Assembly: GCA_963792965.1 (NCBI GenBank)
Contig: CAWBYW010000011.1
Coordinates: 64,001 to 128,000 of the forward strand
DNA: 64,000 bases
From: an uncultured delta proteobacterium
Lineage (GTDB): Bacteria; Desulfobacterota; Zymogenia; Zymogenales; Zymogenaceae
Direction: 5' to 3'
Below are positions 42,483-53,787 of the stretch, one piece after another. Under the pieces are notes generated by a model that saw nothing but the letters and a program-made list of their open reading frames with translations, was not told the origin of the DNA and made no database searches. Within the stretch, counting starts at the first letter, position 1. Every line of letters starts with the position of its first letter. The position numbers were made by a program, and so were the translations under genes.

Positions 42483-45400
42483 TTATCGTTTGTCATTACC
42501 GATCCGTTCGATTTCGTCAGCCAGCGAGCCGAGGAGAAACCGGACGACCTCGTCGTTTTTCTCTTTTGCTGCCGTTTCAATCTGTCTGCCGATCATACTG
42601 ATCTTTTCCCTCCCAAAGGCTCCTCCGGATCCTTTCAGATCATGCCCGATCCTGTAGAGCGTTTCGTAGTCGTGCTTCTCAATGGCCTCCAGCAGTTTCT
42701 GATGCCTGTCCGTGAGGCTCTTATCGAATTCGCGGTATATCTCCATGAGCTCTTCGTCGGGTGTTGGCTCTATGTGTTGCGGGGCGGGAGGCATGGGAGG
42801 TGCGGCTGTCTTTTGGAGGTGGGCGGCGATCTGTCTTATGAGCTCTTCCCTGCGCACGGGCTTTGCGAGGTACCCGTCGAACCCCGCGCCGAGGATCTTT
42901 TCCTTTTCCCCTTTCATGGCGTGGGCCGTGAGGGCTATGACTGGGATGGCGCAGGTGCGCTTATCGGATTTGATCAGGCGCGTCGCCTCGTAGCCGTCCA
43001 TGACGGGCATCTGGATATCCATGAGGACGAGGTCAAACGATCCGGACCCGAGTGTCTCTATCGCCTCCCGGCCGTTTACGGCGGTCTTAACCTCGTAATC
43101 CTCCTTGGAGAGGATCTTCACTATCAGCTTTCGGTTTATCTCGTTGTCTTCAGCCAGCAGGATGACCGGGCGTCCTTCGCGCTTCTCGATAGCCGGCCCT
43201 TCGCACGTGACGGCCGACGGCTTGAATTCGTCCATCATCTGCTGTATCTGGGTCAACACCATCCGGGAGCTGAGCAGGCTTTCATCCAGGAGCGTGTGCG
43301 TGATCCCCTCCAGCTTGGCGGTATCCTGTTCGGTCATCGATTTTCCGGTGATGAAGATTATCGGGGTATCTTTCATGGTCGATTCCTGCTTGAGCGACAA
43401 CAGGAGATCGAAACCGGTCGTCTCCCTCAGAAATACATCCAGAATGATGATATCGACTTCGTGCCCGTCTTTCAGATAGGCCAGCGCATCTTTCGGGTCC
43501 AAAAAGGGCACGGCGGCAAAGCCCTCTTCGCCCAACATCTCGCTCAGGAAATCGAGGACCGGCTTATCGTCATCGACGATGAGAACCGTTACGCCTTTTT
43601 CCGTGCCCTTGATCCTTGTCAACATCTCTATTTTGTTGATAAGGGCGTTTCCCATGATCGGCTTTTCAAGGTAGTCGATGGCCCCCAGCGAGATCGCCTT
43701 TTCTTTTTCCGACAATACGGAAATAACGACCACCGGTATATCTGCCGTTTTTTCGTTTTTCTTCAGCTGCCGGAGGACTTCCCATCCGGAAATATCCGGC
43801 AGGAGGATATCCAGAATGACGAGGGCCGGGTTGTGCTTCAAAACGAGGGGCAGGGCCTGGCCGCCGTGCGTTGTGGTGACGACGGTAAAGCCTTTGCCCT
43901 CGAACAGGTGCCTGTAGAGCTTCAGGGTGAGTGGATCGTCCTCGACGATGACCATCGTGTTCGTCCGTTCCTGGGCAACCCGGACATATCGTGACCGCGG
44001 TATCTGTACTGGCACCCAAAACGTAAAGACACTGCCTTTCCCAAGCTCGGAAGTCACCTCGATCTTCCCGCCGAGCAGCTCGACCAGCTTTTTCGTATGG
44101 AAAGCCCCAGGCCAGTCCCGCCGTACTTCCGCGTAGTGAGGGCGTCCACCTGCATGAAGGGATCAAAAATCAGGTCGAGTTTGTCCGAGGGTATTCCGCA
44201 TCCGGTATCTCTGACCGAAACGGATAACCGCGCGTTTTCTTCATCCACCTTATCGGACGCGGGCCGATATAAACACGCCCCCTTCATCGGTAAATTTCAC
44301 GGCGTTGGAGACCAGGTTAACGAGTATCTGCCTGAGCTTGTCGGGATCGGTGATGACCTTGGGCGCGGTATCCGGGGTCAATAGCGAGATCGAGCTCTAT
44401 CCCCCTTTCCCGGGCCTTCAGGCGCGTTATGGCAACAATGCCGTTCAGGAGCTCGAAGAGGAAAAATTCCTCGCCGCTGACCGATGCCGCCCCTGATTCG
44501 ACCTTCGACAGGTCCAGGATCTCATTAATCAGGGTAAGAAGGGTCTGGCCGCTTTCGTAAATCGTCTTGACGTATTCTCTCTGCTCCTCGGTGAGATTCT
44601 CTTCCATGAGGAGCTCCGAAAAGCCGAGTATGCCGTTCATCGGCGTCCTGATTTCATGTGACATGTTCGCGAGAAACTGGCTTTTGGCCTGATTGGCCTG
44701 CTCGGCATTGATCTTGGCTTCCTTGAGCTCCTCCTGTAACTTCTTCTTCTCCGATACGTCCCTGATGATTCCCTGGTATCCAACAATATTCCCTGCCTCA
44801 TCCCTTCTCACCACCGCGGTCTCGAGACATTCAACCAGGGTCCCATCTGCTCTCTTATAAATTATTTCGAAGTCTTGTACATACCCTTTGGCCTGAATCT
44901 CTTTTCCGAATGTCCTTCTGTCATCCGGACTTTGGTACAGATCATTTGTATCGAGAGAAGTAAGAGCATCCATTGAGTATCCAAATAACGCGATTCCCGC
45001 GGGATTGAGATCGGTGATCTTCCCATCAATGGTGGATATGTAAAGGGCATCTTTCGAGGTTTCAAAAATGCTCAGCCACTTGGCCTCGGATCTCTTCAGC
45101 TCGACTGTGCGATCGAAAAGAATTTCGGTTAATTCCTCTGCTTTCTTCTCTGCTTCTTTTCTTTCCGTGATGTCGATGCCCACACCCGCCAGGAAGTGGC
45201 TATCTCCGATCTGTACGTCCATCGCGGACAGGAAAAATGGGGTCTTACTCCCATCTCGTGAGATTAGATCAGTCTCGAAGCTGGATTGCCCTTTTGCAAA
45301 AACCCGATTAATCCATTTCGCAATATCATTAAGCTTCTCCTTATCAAAGAAGTCAAAGGGGCCCATGTTCGATATTTCTGCTTCTGAATAACCCGTTACT

Positions 45401-46272
45401 TTTTCCAGGTTTTTGTTCCATCGGAGAATATGTAGTTTATCATCGAGAATATAGAAAACTCCGGGCAGGCTGTTGACGATTGACTCAAAAAAGTTCTTCT
45501 CTTTGAGTATTTCTTCCTCAGCGTTTTTTCTTGACGAGACATCCCGGGCAATGCCCAGCACCAGATCTTCATCGTGGATTACTACCGGATACGTCCTTAT
45601 CTCTGCGTAAATCTTAGTCCCAGTTCTCCTTTTTAGTATCAGCTCGTCGGGACCTGTGGGAGTGCCTTCGACATTTCTCGCGAGAATTGCAGCGGCTTTC
45701 TGTATCTGATCTTCTGGAAGTATGTTAAGGTCCAGCAAGTTCTTACCGACCAGACCAGCCTTGTCGAGGCCGATCATAGCCTCCGCTGCTTTATTGGCGT
45801 CGATAAGCCTTCCCTTCAGATCAGTGAGGTAATATGCGTCGGGCGCATAGTCGAACAATATTCTCAGTCTTTCTTCCGATTCTCTTACATCTCTCTCTAT
45901 CTTTTTTCTTCCGGAAATGTCACGGCAGATCCCGATCGCATAGTACGACCCATTTTTTTCAACGCGCGACACAGAAAGTTCGATATCAAACACCGACCCG
46001 TCTTTCCTTTGTGCCTCCAGTTGCGCCGCCTTACCGATAACGGGGCCGTTTCCGGTCTTGCCGAAAATCTTCAGTCCCTTTTTCATGGCCTTTCTATATT
46101 GATCCGGGACGATAAGATCTATAAGCGGCTTATCAACGACCTCCTGAGATGAATAGCCGAACATCGTTTCGGCGGCAGCATTCCACAAGACAGTTTTAAA
46201 GGAATCATCAACGACGATGATCGCATCGACGGAGTAATCGATCATTTCTTGAAACGGGAGTTTTCTTTCCAT
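42483..46272 (-). CDS. Cytoplasmic hybrid histidine kinase (4 PAS, HisKA, HATPase, 3 REC, Hpt); frameshifts between about 44050 and 44350
   Basis: Four PAS/PAC repeats, [29 protein letters not shown], three receiver domains, GHDLKGSGG Hpt. No TM segment seen. Confidence 0.88.
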
Positions 46273-46371
46273 TCTTACAACTTCTGGCTAAAGAGTATTT
46301 TCAATTCCACAGCCTGTCGTACTGTCATCGCTAAGACTCAAAAGCAGTCGGTTTTCAATGAAATGATCGTC

Positions 46372-46600
46372 TGACCTGTCCCCATTGACGATACCATCTT
46401 AAGGGTCAGGCAAAACGCCCTATGTTTCGTGACCGCCTTTCGAAGACGCGGCAAGTAAGGCTTTGAGAGCCAGGCGGTTGTGGCGAAGAGAAGTGTGTGG
46501 CCTGGTGGTCCCGTCCAAGCCCACCTCTCCTTCAAGACCCGAGCTTCTGTCAGCGTACCATAGCTTTCACCGTTAAGTGACCCATCCCCGAACTTCCCGG
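46372..46600 (-). mobile_element. IS3-family transposase remnant with one terminal inverted repeat
   Basis: The minus strand translates to GKFGDGSLNGESYGTLTEARVLKERW, then TRPHTSL in a shifted frame, resembling the IS3 integrase C-terminus (GKLRDELLNGE..TL.EA..LIE.W..YN..RPHSSL). It ends in GGTATCGTCAATGGGGACAGGTCA, an IS3-like terminus. Confidence 0.75.
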
Positions 46601-46807
46601 TCTGTTGATGACCTATTCTGCGGTAACTCGCTCGTTTGGCATTTCCTTGTCCGCCCTTATCAATCTATTATATATTATATTCTAACTTTTTGCATGGGCT
46701 CTTTTCAGGGGACAGGCCGGTGCCCCATCCCGGAATCGAATCCGGATACGTGGATTTTCAGCGCCCTATTGGGGACGATAAGCTATTGGCATCACCCGCG
46801 AAAGTCC

Positions 46808-46858
46808 TTGACTTTGAATAAATAGTTCGATACGATAAAATATATCGATGATATCGTA
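46808..46858 (+). promoter_or_regulatory. Promoter and putative MarR operator
   Basis: TTGACT-17 bp-TACGAT. The inverted repeat TACGATA-N14-TATCGTA overlaps the -10. Confidence 0.5.
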
Positions 46859-46882
46859 CCATCTTTGTGGAGAATTCAGCTT

Positions 46883-47350
46883 ATGGGAAAGTCTGATGCG
46901 CCCCCGATCGATGACGCCTTGGTGCGTGAAGTTGTTGAGATCCTCCGAGAGTTGCTCCACCGTCTTCTTATGTCGTCGGTCCCGGTCTGGATAGATCTTA
47001 AGCTGACACTGCCTCAATTAAGGACTATTTTTGCAATAGCCCATAATGAATCTTCTTCAGTTATGCAAATCGCGCTTTATCTTGGGATTGGCAAATCTAC
47101 GGCGAGCCATCTGATCGAGAGATTGGTACGGGCGGGCCTCGTCGATCGAAGCGAAGATCCAGAGGATCGACGCCGTGCAACGATTCGACTAACAGCTGCG
47201 GGAGAGGAACTTATCGAACGGCTGCTCGGTTGGGAAGAGCTCCTCGGTGGATGGTTAAGTAAAATTCCACAAAAGGACCTTTCCTCTTTTCGACATGGTT
47301 TGAACGAGCTCATGATCACGTTACAAGGCCAGGACGACAAACGACAATAG
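46883..47350 (+). CDS. MarR family transcriptional regulator
   Basis: LTLPQLRTI, KSTASHLIERLVRAGLVDR..DPEDRR...LTAAG. Confidence 0.92.
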   Translation: MGKSDAPPIDDALVREVVEILRELLHRLLMSSVPVWIDLKLTLPQLRTIFAIAHNESSSVMQIALYLGIGKSTASHLIERLVRAGLVDRSEDPEDRRRATIRLTAAGEELIERLLGWEELLGGWLSKIPQKDLSSFRHGLNELMITLQGQDDKRQ

Positions 47351-47383
47351 AGCATCTGAAGAAGATCAGTAGGATTCTCGACT

Positions 47384-48181
47384 ATGATAATTAGTTCCGC
47401 GTTTGATCCAAGTTTTCTCTGGTTACCATTGATCGGCTGCGCCGTTGGTTTGCTCGTAACCCTATTCGGCGGCGGTGGAGGCTTTTTTTATGTGCCGATA
47501 TTGACACTGCTATTCCATGTGCCCACTCAGATTGCAGCCGCCACCTCGTTGGCGGTGACTATTCCGACGGTAATGGTAGGGTCCATCGAACATTATCGAA
47601 AGGGCAACATAGACCTAAAGGTTGGTGTTGTTTTCGGCGTAGCGGGTATTGTCGGCGCGCTCGGCGGTGCTTATGTATCGAATCTTGTTTCGTCGGCTCT
47701 CTTGAGGAAGCTCTTTGGAGTTTATTCGCTCGCGTTGATTGTCCCGATGGTGCTCACAAGCAAGAATAGACTCAAGAACCTGAACAATGAGAAGAACTCG
47801 TCTCAGCCATTTACGGTTACAAGAGTCGTTTTGAGCGTATCCTTCGGATTCCTTTCGGGAATCATGGCCGGGCTTTTTGGAACGAGTGGCACCGCATCGA
47901 TCGTTGCGGGGTTATATATCTTGGGTTTGCCGGTAACTCTTGTCATAGGGACATCAGTATTGGTAGTGCTATTCAACGCTCTTTCCGGTTTTGCCGGGCA
48001 TCTGATAGTCGGCCATTTCGATCTAACGCTGCTTCTATTTCTCGGGAGCGGATCAGTGATTGGTGGATTCATCGGGCCGAGAATACTACCGATGCTCAAT
48101 GTCCAGAAATTGGAGAAGCTTTACGGTGTTTTCTTTATACTACTGGTCATCGGCTTTGGTTTAGCTATGTTTTTTAAGTAA
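47384..48181 (+). CDS. Sulfite exporter TauE/SafE family membrane protein
   Basis: FGGGGGFFYVPIL, AAATSL, a repeated half (GLFGTSG, IGTS), about eight hydrophobic segments. Confidence 0.88.
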   Translation: MIISSAFDPSFLWLPLIGCAVGLLVTLFGGGGGFFYVPILTLLFHVPTQIAAATSLAVTIPTVMVGSIEHYRKGNIDLKVGVVFGVAGIVGALGGAYVSNLVSSALLRKLFGVYSLALIVPMVLTSKNRLKNLNNEKNSSQPFTVTRVVLSVSFGFLSGIMAGLFGTSGTASIVAGLYILGLPVTLVIGTSVLVVLFNALSGFAGHLIVGHFDLTLLLFLGSGSVIGGFIGPRILPMLNVQKLEKLYGVFFILLVIGFGLAMFFK

Positions 48182-48287
48182 CCTTTTGCATCAATTGAAG
48201 ATCGTTCTTCTGAGATCGGTGCCGGACAGGTTAGAGAGTTGCCCAAAAAGAATACTCATTTGACACATGGCGCGTCTTAGACCTATA

Positions 48288-48324
48288 TAAAAGAAAAAAT
48301 GGGTTGGCATGGCTGTCAACCCAT
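48288..48324 (-). terminator. Terminator downstream of the tRNA
   Basis: ATGGGTTGGCA/TGTCAACCCAT stem followed by TTTTTCTTTT on the minus strand. Confidence 0.7.
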
Positions 48325-48344
48325 CGAGATCACCATAGTATTTT

Positions 48345-48417
48345 CGCGCCCGGCACGATTCGAACGTGCGGCCAACGGATCCGAAGTCCGTTGCTCTGTC
48401 CACTGAGCTACGGGCGC
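48345..48417 (-). tRNA. tRNA-Arg (anticodon UCG), CCA not encoded
   Basis: GCGCCCG acceptor stem, TAGCTCAGTGGACAGAGC D arm, ACGGA-CTTCGGA-TCCGT anticodon arm, GCACG-TTCGAAT-CGTGC T arm. Confidence 0.95.
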
Positions 48418-48493
48418 ATTGACATTTTCCCGTGATATCCCACCGAGGCCCTTGCGGGTCCAAAACCGCACAACGGCCCACGGGTGTGCACCA

Positions 48494-49732
48494 CTATTTC
48501 TTGTGGGCTTTCATCATCTTCGATTCCTTGAGCATGAGGCTCAGGATCACGTTGATCAGCAACATCCCCACGAAGATCAGCATGAACGGCGTCATGGCGC
48601 GGTCCGGGGTCCTGAGCGCGTCCATCCCGAATATAAAGATGATCCCCGAGATCTGGCCCGCCAGCACCAAAAGCCCCTGGGAGGTGGCCTCCGGAGCGGG
48701 GTGCGTCATCTCGGCGCTGTACTGGTACCCGATGGGCCCGCCGGCCATGAAGAAGAAGCCGAGGAAGAAGGACGAGACCATGAGGAGCCAGAACGACGTC
48801 GCGAAGGTGAGACCGACGAGGCCCGGGATGGTGAGAATCACCGTGATAACGATGAAGAGCTTGCGCTTCCTGAAAACGTCCGACAGGATCGGAAAGACGA
48901 TGGCCCCGAAAATGCCACCCACCAGCATGATCGCCCCGGCGTACCCTGCCTGCTCGATGGTAAATCCCCGCGGAGCAAGGATCTGTTCTATCCAGGTCGT
49001 CACCGCGTTGAACATCCCCAGTCCAATGAAGAAGATAACGATGAGGATGATCATGTCGCGCTGCCTGAAGATATGCTTGAGGCCCTCGAATACCGTATGG
49101 CGCTCGTCGCTGCCGACCAGCCCCGGAAGTGTCGGAGGCTTCTCGCGCATAAAGATGAGGAAGAGCACGGCGCCGACGGCCGAGACAACCCCGTAGCCCA
49201 TCAGCATCCGCCCCATCCCAAGGTTAACGAAGAGCATGGGGGTAAGCGCCATGGCCAGGATGATCCCCACGAACTGCGCAAGCACCGAAATGCCCGCCGC
49301 CGTTGCCCGCTCCTGGAGCGGAAACCATCGGGCCGCCACCGCCGTCACCGCGTTGAGGATGAAAGGCTGAGCGACAGCAAGGCCGAACTGGGCGGCAAAG
49401 ACCATTGCGTAGCTGCTACCGGAAAATCCCCTCATCAGCCCGAAGACGCCCGTCAGCGCCGCCCCGATGCCGACGCCGATGCGGACGCCGTAAGTATCGA
49501 TCACGTAGGAAGCGGGGACGGATACCGCGAGGTAGACGATCATGAAGATCATCGACAACACGGCGATTGACAGCTCCGAGACGCCGAAGAACTTCGCGGC
49601 GTCCCCGGTGATGGGGGCAAAGGTAATCCAGTTTGCCTGCATGACGAGGTTGATGATGAAAAAGAGCCCGAGCACCACCCACCGATAGCCGTAGACCTTG
49701 AATGCTTTTTCTGGCATGATTCTACTCCCCAC
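48494..49732 (-). CDS. MFS transporter (FLVCR-like)
   Basis: YGYRWVVL, WITFAPI, AVAQPF, WFPLQERATA, about 12 hydrophobic segments. Confidence 0.88.
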   Translation of the reverse strand: MGSRIMPEKAFKVYGYRWVVLGLFFIINLVMQANWITFAPITGDAAKFFGVSELSIAVLSMIFMIVYLAVSVPASYVIDTYGVRIGVGIGAALTGVFGLMRGFSGSSYAMVFAAQFGLAVAQPFILNAVTAVAARWFPLQERATAAGISVLAQFVGIILAMALTPMLFVNLGMGRMLMGYGVVSAVGAVLFLIFMREKPPTLPGLVGSDERHTVFEGLKHIFRQRDMIILIVIFFIGLGMFNAVTTWIEQILAPRGFTIEQAGYAGAIMLVGGIFGAIVFPILSDVFRKRKLFIVITVILTIPGLVGLTFATSFWLLMVSSFFLGFFFMAGGPIGYQYSAEMTHPAPEATSQGLLVLAGQISGIIFIFGMDALRTPDRAMTPFMLIFVGMLLINVILSLMLKESKMMKAHKK

Positions 49733-49922
49733 AATGGTGTGAAATGGTTTCAGAGAAGATATCTAAACGGGATGATGAGAGAGAAGGTCGGCACGCGTAA
49801 GAGAAACGTCGGTGGTTCATCCGCATCCCGTTTTATCTTAGAATAAGCACGGCCCCAAGCTCTCGATCGCGAGTGGGGCGGCGAGACGTAAACTCCGAGT
49901 CATTCGGGAGACTGGTCCTCGG

Positions 49923-50738
49923 CTATTTTCTCCCCATCTCCTTTGCGCGCCGATGGGCCGCGTCGACAGCCTCGATGAAAGAGCCGCGCACCCCATCTTT
50001 TTCCAGCACGGCCAGCCCCTCTATCGTCGTGCCTGCCGGAGAAGCAACCATGTCCTTGAGCTCGCCGGGGTGCCTGCCGGTCTCGAGCACCATCCGCGCC
50101 GCGCCGAGCACCGTCTGGGCGGAAAGCCTCTCGGCGGTCTTACGGGGCAGCCCCGCCCGCACCCCCGCGTCGGAAAGGGCCTCGATGACGAGGAACAGAT
50201 ATGCCGGGCCGCTCCCCGAGAGGGCCGTGACGGCGTCGAGGTGCGCCTCGTCCACCACGAGCGCCTCACCCACTCCGCTGAAAACCTTCAGGGCCACGTC
50301 GAGGTGCATCTTTTCGGCGGCACTCCCCGCCGAGAGGCACGACATCCCCGCGAGGACCAGCGCCGGGGCATTGGGCATAACTCTGACGACGGGCGTCCCC
50401 TTTTTCAGCCGCGACTCTATCGCGCCGATGGTGACGCCCGCGGCGATGGAGACGACCAGTTTTTGCTTCGTGATGATGTCGGCGATCCCGTCCAGCGCCC
50501 CGGGCACCTGGGCGGGCTTGGTGGCTATGAAGATGACGTCTGAAGACCGTGCGACCTCCCGGTTATCGGGGGTGACGGTGACGCCGAGTGTCGTTGAAAT
50601 ATGAGTGAGCCGCTCCTTTGAGATATCGGAAACGGTGATGCTATCTTTCGGCCAGAGGTTTTTGGCGGTGATCCCCTTGATCAGGGCCTCGGCCATGTTA
50701 CCGGATCCGATGAAGCCGAGACGTTGGGCGGAAAACAT
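49923..50738 (-). CDS. proC: Pyrroline-5-carboxylate reductase
   Basis: GFIGSGNMA, VSIAAGV, RVMPN, ALSGSGPAY, VASPAGTT. Confidence 0.96.
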   Translation of the reverse strand: MFSAQRLGFIGSGNMAEALIKGITAKNLWPKDSITVSDISKERLTHISTTLGVTVTPDNREVARSSDVIFIATKPAQVPGALDGIADIITKQKLVVSIAAGVTIGAIESRLKKGTPVVRVMPNAPALVLAGMSCLSAGSAAEKMHLDVALKVFSGVGEALVVDEAHLDAVTALSGSGPAYLFLVIEALSDAGVRAGLPRKTAERLSAQTVLGAARMVLETGRHPGELKDMVASPAGTTIEGLAVLEKDGVRGSFIEAVDAAHRRAKEMGRK

Positions 50739-50793
50739 ACGTTTGTTCCTCCGGGAGCCAAAAGAGAAGGAATGCCCAAGAACAAAACATTGT

Positions 50794-50822
50794 TTGACAA
50801 TATATACGAAAGATGATAGCAT
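50794..50822 (+). promoter_or_regulatory. Sigma70 promoter of the ftsH operon
   Basis: TTGACA-17 bp-TAGCAT with an extended TG. Confidence 0.65.
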
Positions 50823-50895
50823 TACAAGATTATTTTATAGGAGACATGCTCCAAAACAGGGCTGTGCCCCGTCTTGTGGTTAACACGAATCGCCC

Positions 50896-52737
50896 ATGAA
50901 TCAATCCGCAAAAAACCTGACCCTCTGGCTTGTGATCATCCTGGTGGTGATCATCGCCGTGAGCCTGCTTGCCCCGCCAAAGGAGAACGTCAAAGACGTC
51001 ACCTATACCGAATTCCTCACGCTGGTCGGTGCTTCCGGCGATAAGAAGATCGACAAAGTGACGATCGCGGGCAAGGAGGTCACCGGCGAAACCGCGAAAG
51101 GCATCAAATATAAGACCTACATCCCTGAAGACCCGACCTTCGTCCAGACCCTGCTGGACAACAAGGTGACCGTCGAGGCCAAGCCCGAGAGCGTCCCCTG
51201 GTACGAGACCGGCATGGCCCAGATGCTCATCCTTGTAGGGATGCTGGTCCTTTTCTGGGTCTTCTTCATGCGACAGGTCAATTCGGGAGGACCCGGCAAG
51301 GCGCTTTCCTTCGGCAAGAGCCGCGCGAAGCTGTTGTCGGAGTCCCATCAGAAGGTGACATTCGAGGACGTGGCCGGCGTCGATGAGGCCAAGGAGGATC
51401 TCAACGAGATCGTCCAGTTCCTCAAGGATCCCAATAAATTTACCCGACTCGGCGGCCGGATCCCCAAAGGGATTCTCCTCATGGGCCCCCCGGGAACGGG
51501 AAAAACGCTGCTTGCCCGGGCGATCGCCGGCGAGGCCGACGTCCCGTTCTTCACGATCTCCGGATCGGACTTCGTGGAAATGTTCGTGGGAGTAGGTGCG
51601 GCGCGGGTGCGGGACCTCTTCGAACAGGCAAAGCGACGCTCCCCCTGTATCGTTTTTGTCGACGAGATCGACGCCGTGGGCCGGCACCGCGGGGCGGGCC
51701 TCGGCGGAGGACACGACGAGAGAGAGCAGACCCTGAACCAGCTTCTCGTCGAAATGGACGGTTTTGAGTCCAACCAGGGTGTCATCCTGATTGCGGCCAC
51801 CAACCGGCCGGACGTCCTTGACCCGGCGCTCCTCCGTCCCGGAAGGTTTGATCGCCAGGTGGTCATCCCGATCCCTGACTATATCGGCAGGGAGAAGATC
51901 CTCGGCGTCCATACGAGGAAGGTCCCCATGGCCGACGATGTCGAGTTATCCATCCTTGCGCGCGGGACGCCGGGGTTCTCCGGCGCCGACCTCGAGAACA
52001 TGGTCAACGAGGCCGCCCTCGTCGCCGCCAAGAGAGGCAAGTCCAGCGTCGAGATGATCGACTTCGAGGAGGCCAAGGACAAGCTCCTCATGGGCTCCGA
52101 GCGAAAATCGATGATCATCAACGACGAGGAAAAGCGACTTACGGCATATCATGAATCGGGCCATACGCTGGTGGCTTCCCTCTTGGAGGGTACCGATCCG
52201 ATCCACAAGGTGACGATCATCCCGCGGGGGACGGCAATGGGCGTCACACAGCAGCTCCCGATCGACGATCGCCACAGCTACAAGAGAGACTTCCTTGAAA
52301 AGAAGATCGAGATTCTGATGGGCGGGCGTGCCGCCGAGGAGCTGATTCTGGACGAGATATCCACCGGCGCGGGGCAGGACCTCGAGGTGGCAACCAGTCT
52401 CGCTCGAAAGATGGTGTGCGAATGGGGAATGAGCGAAACGCTCGGCCCCCTGACCTTCGGCAAGCGTGAGGAGCTGGTCTTCCTCGGCAGGGAGATCGCC
52501 CAGCATAAGGACTACAGCGAGAAAACCGCCGAAGAGATCGACAGCGAAGTGAAGCGCATCGTCCACGGATGCCACGAAAAGGCGCGCGAAATCCTCGAAA
52601 AGAACCTCGATAAGCTCCACCTGCTTGCCGAGAGCCTCCTCGAAAAGGAGGTGCTCACCGGGGATGAGATCAAACAGATATTGGAGAAGAAGAGGATATC
52701 GAAGGCGGAGGGTAAGAAGGTCGCCCGGGAAGCGTGA
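50896..52737 (+). CDS. ftsH: ATP-dependent zinc metalloprotease FtsH
   Basis: Two TM segments, [29 protein letters not shown]. Confidence 0.98.
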   Translation: MNQSAKNLTLWLVIILVVIIAVSLLAPPKENVKDVTYTEFLTLVGASGDKKIDKVTIAGKEVTGETAKGIKYKTYIPEDPTFVQTLLDNKVTVEAKPESVPWYETGMAQMLILVGMLVLFWVFFMRQVNSGGPGKALSFGKSRAKLLSESHQKVTFEDVAGVDEAKEDLNEIVQFLKDPNKFTRLGGRIPKGILLMGPPGTGKTLLARAIAGEADVPFFTISGSDFVEMFVGVGAARVRDLFEQAKRRSPCIVFVDEIDAVGRHRGAGLGGGHDEREQTLNQLLVEMDGFESNQGVILIAATNRPDVLDPALLRPGRFDRQVVIPIPDYIGREKILGVHTRKVPMADDVELSILARGTPGFSGADLENMVNEAALVAAKRGKSSVEMIDFEEAKDKLLMGSERKSMIINDEEKRLTAYHESGHTLVASLLEGTDPIHKVTIIPRGTAMGVTQQLPIDDRHSYKRDFLEKKIEILMGGRAAEELILDEISTGAGQDLEVATSLARKMVCEWGMSETLGPLTFGKREELVFLGREIAQHKDYSEKTAEEIDSEVKRIVHGCHEKAREILEKNLDKLHLLAESLLEKEVLTGDEIKQILEKKRISKAEGKKVAREA

Positions 52738-52749
52738 TAAAACCGCGCC

Positions 52750-53695
52750 ATGATCCATCCACCCACATACATCCACGATCTCCCGGCCGATTCGGAGAGA
52801 ATCGAGGAAAACCGGTCCCGTTGCGAGACGGCCGATTTCACTCTCAAAATCGGCCGCCGGAGCTTTGACCTCTCCCGAGAAACCCTCATTATGGGCGTCC
52901 TCAATATTACGCCGGACTCATTTTCCGACGGCGGGAAGTATCTCGCCCGGGACGAGGCGGCCAGCCATGCCGTGAAAATGGCCGAGCAGGGGGCTCATAT
53001 TATCGACATCGGCGGCGAATCATCGCGCCCGGGAGCACAACCCATCTCGGCGGACGAAGAGTGTCAGCGCGTCCTTCCCGTCATCGAAATGATCCGTGAA
53101 AGGACCGACGTGCCCGTCAGCATCGACACCTGTAAGGCGTCGGTGGCCCGAAAGGCCCTTGACGCAGGCGCGGCGATGATCAACGACATCAGCGCACTGG
53201 CCCTCGACCCGGACATGGCGCCGCTTGCCGCCGAGCTTCAGTGTCCCGGTGGTCCTCATGCACATCAAGGGGACGCCGCGGGATATGCAGAAAAACCCGG
53301 TATACGAAGACGTGGTCGGCGAGGTAAGGGACGCCCTGCATGAATCGATCCTGCGTGCCCTTGATGCGGGGATCGACCCCGAGCATATCATTATCGACCC
53401 CGGCATCGGGTTCGGCAAGACCGCCGAGGATAATCTCAGGCTCATCAAGCATATCAGGGACTTCTATGACCTCGGCCGGCCGGTGCTGATCGGCGCCTCG
53501 CGAAAGTACTTCATCGGCCGCGTCACCGGGAAACCCGTGACCGATCGGCTCTGGGGGAGCATTGGTGCGGCCGCGGCGGCGGCGCTGTTGGGCGCACACA
53601 TGGTGCGGGTGCACGACGTGGCCGAGACCAGGGACGCGCTTATGGTCGTCGATGCGATCAAGCGCGGAAGACTGCGCGGGGAAATGGACACATAA
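52750..53695 (+). CDS. folP: Dihydropteroate synthase; frameshift near 53240
   Basis: MGVLNITPDSFSDGG, DIGGESSRPG, then VVLMH, DPGIGFGK, GASRK, VRVHDV in the second frame. Confidence 0.93.
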
Positions 53696-53787
53696 GGACG
53701 GGAAAGATAAGCGGCTTTCTCTCTTTAGTGGCAACTCACAGGCCAAAGGTGCTATAATCCTTCGTGACTGAAAGGACGGGATAGACC

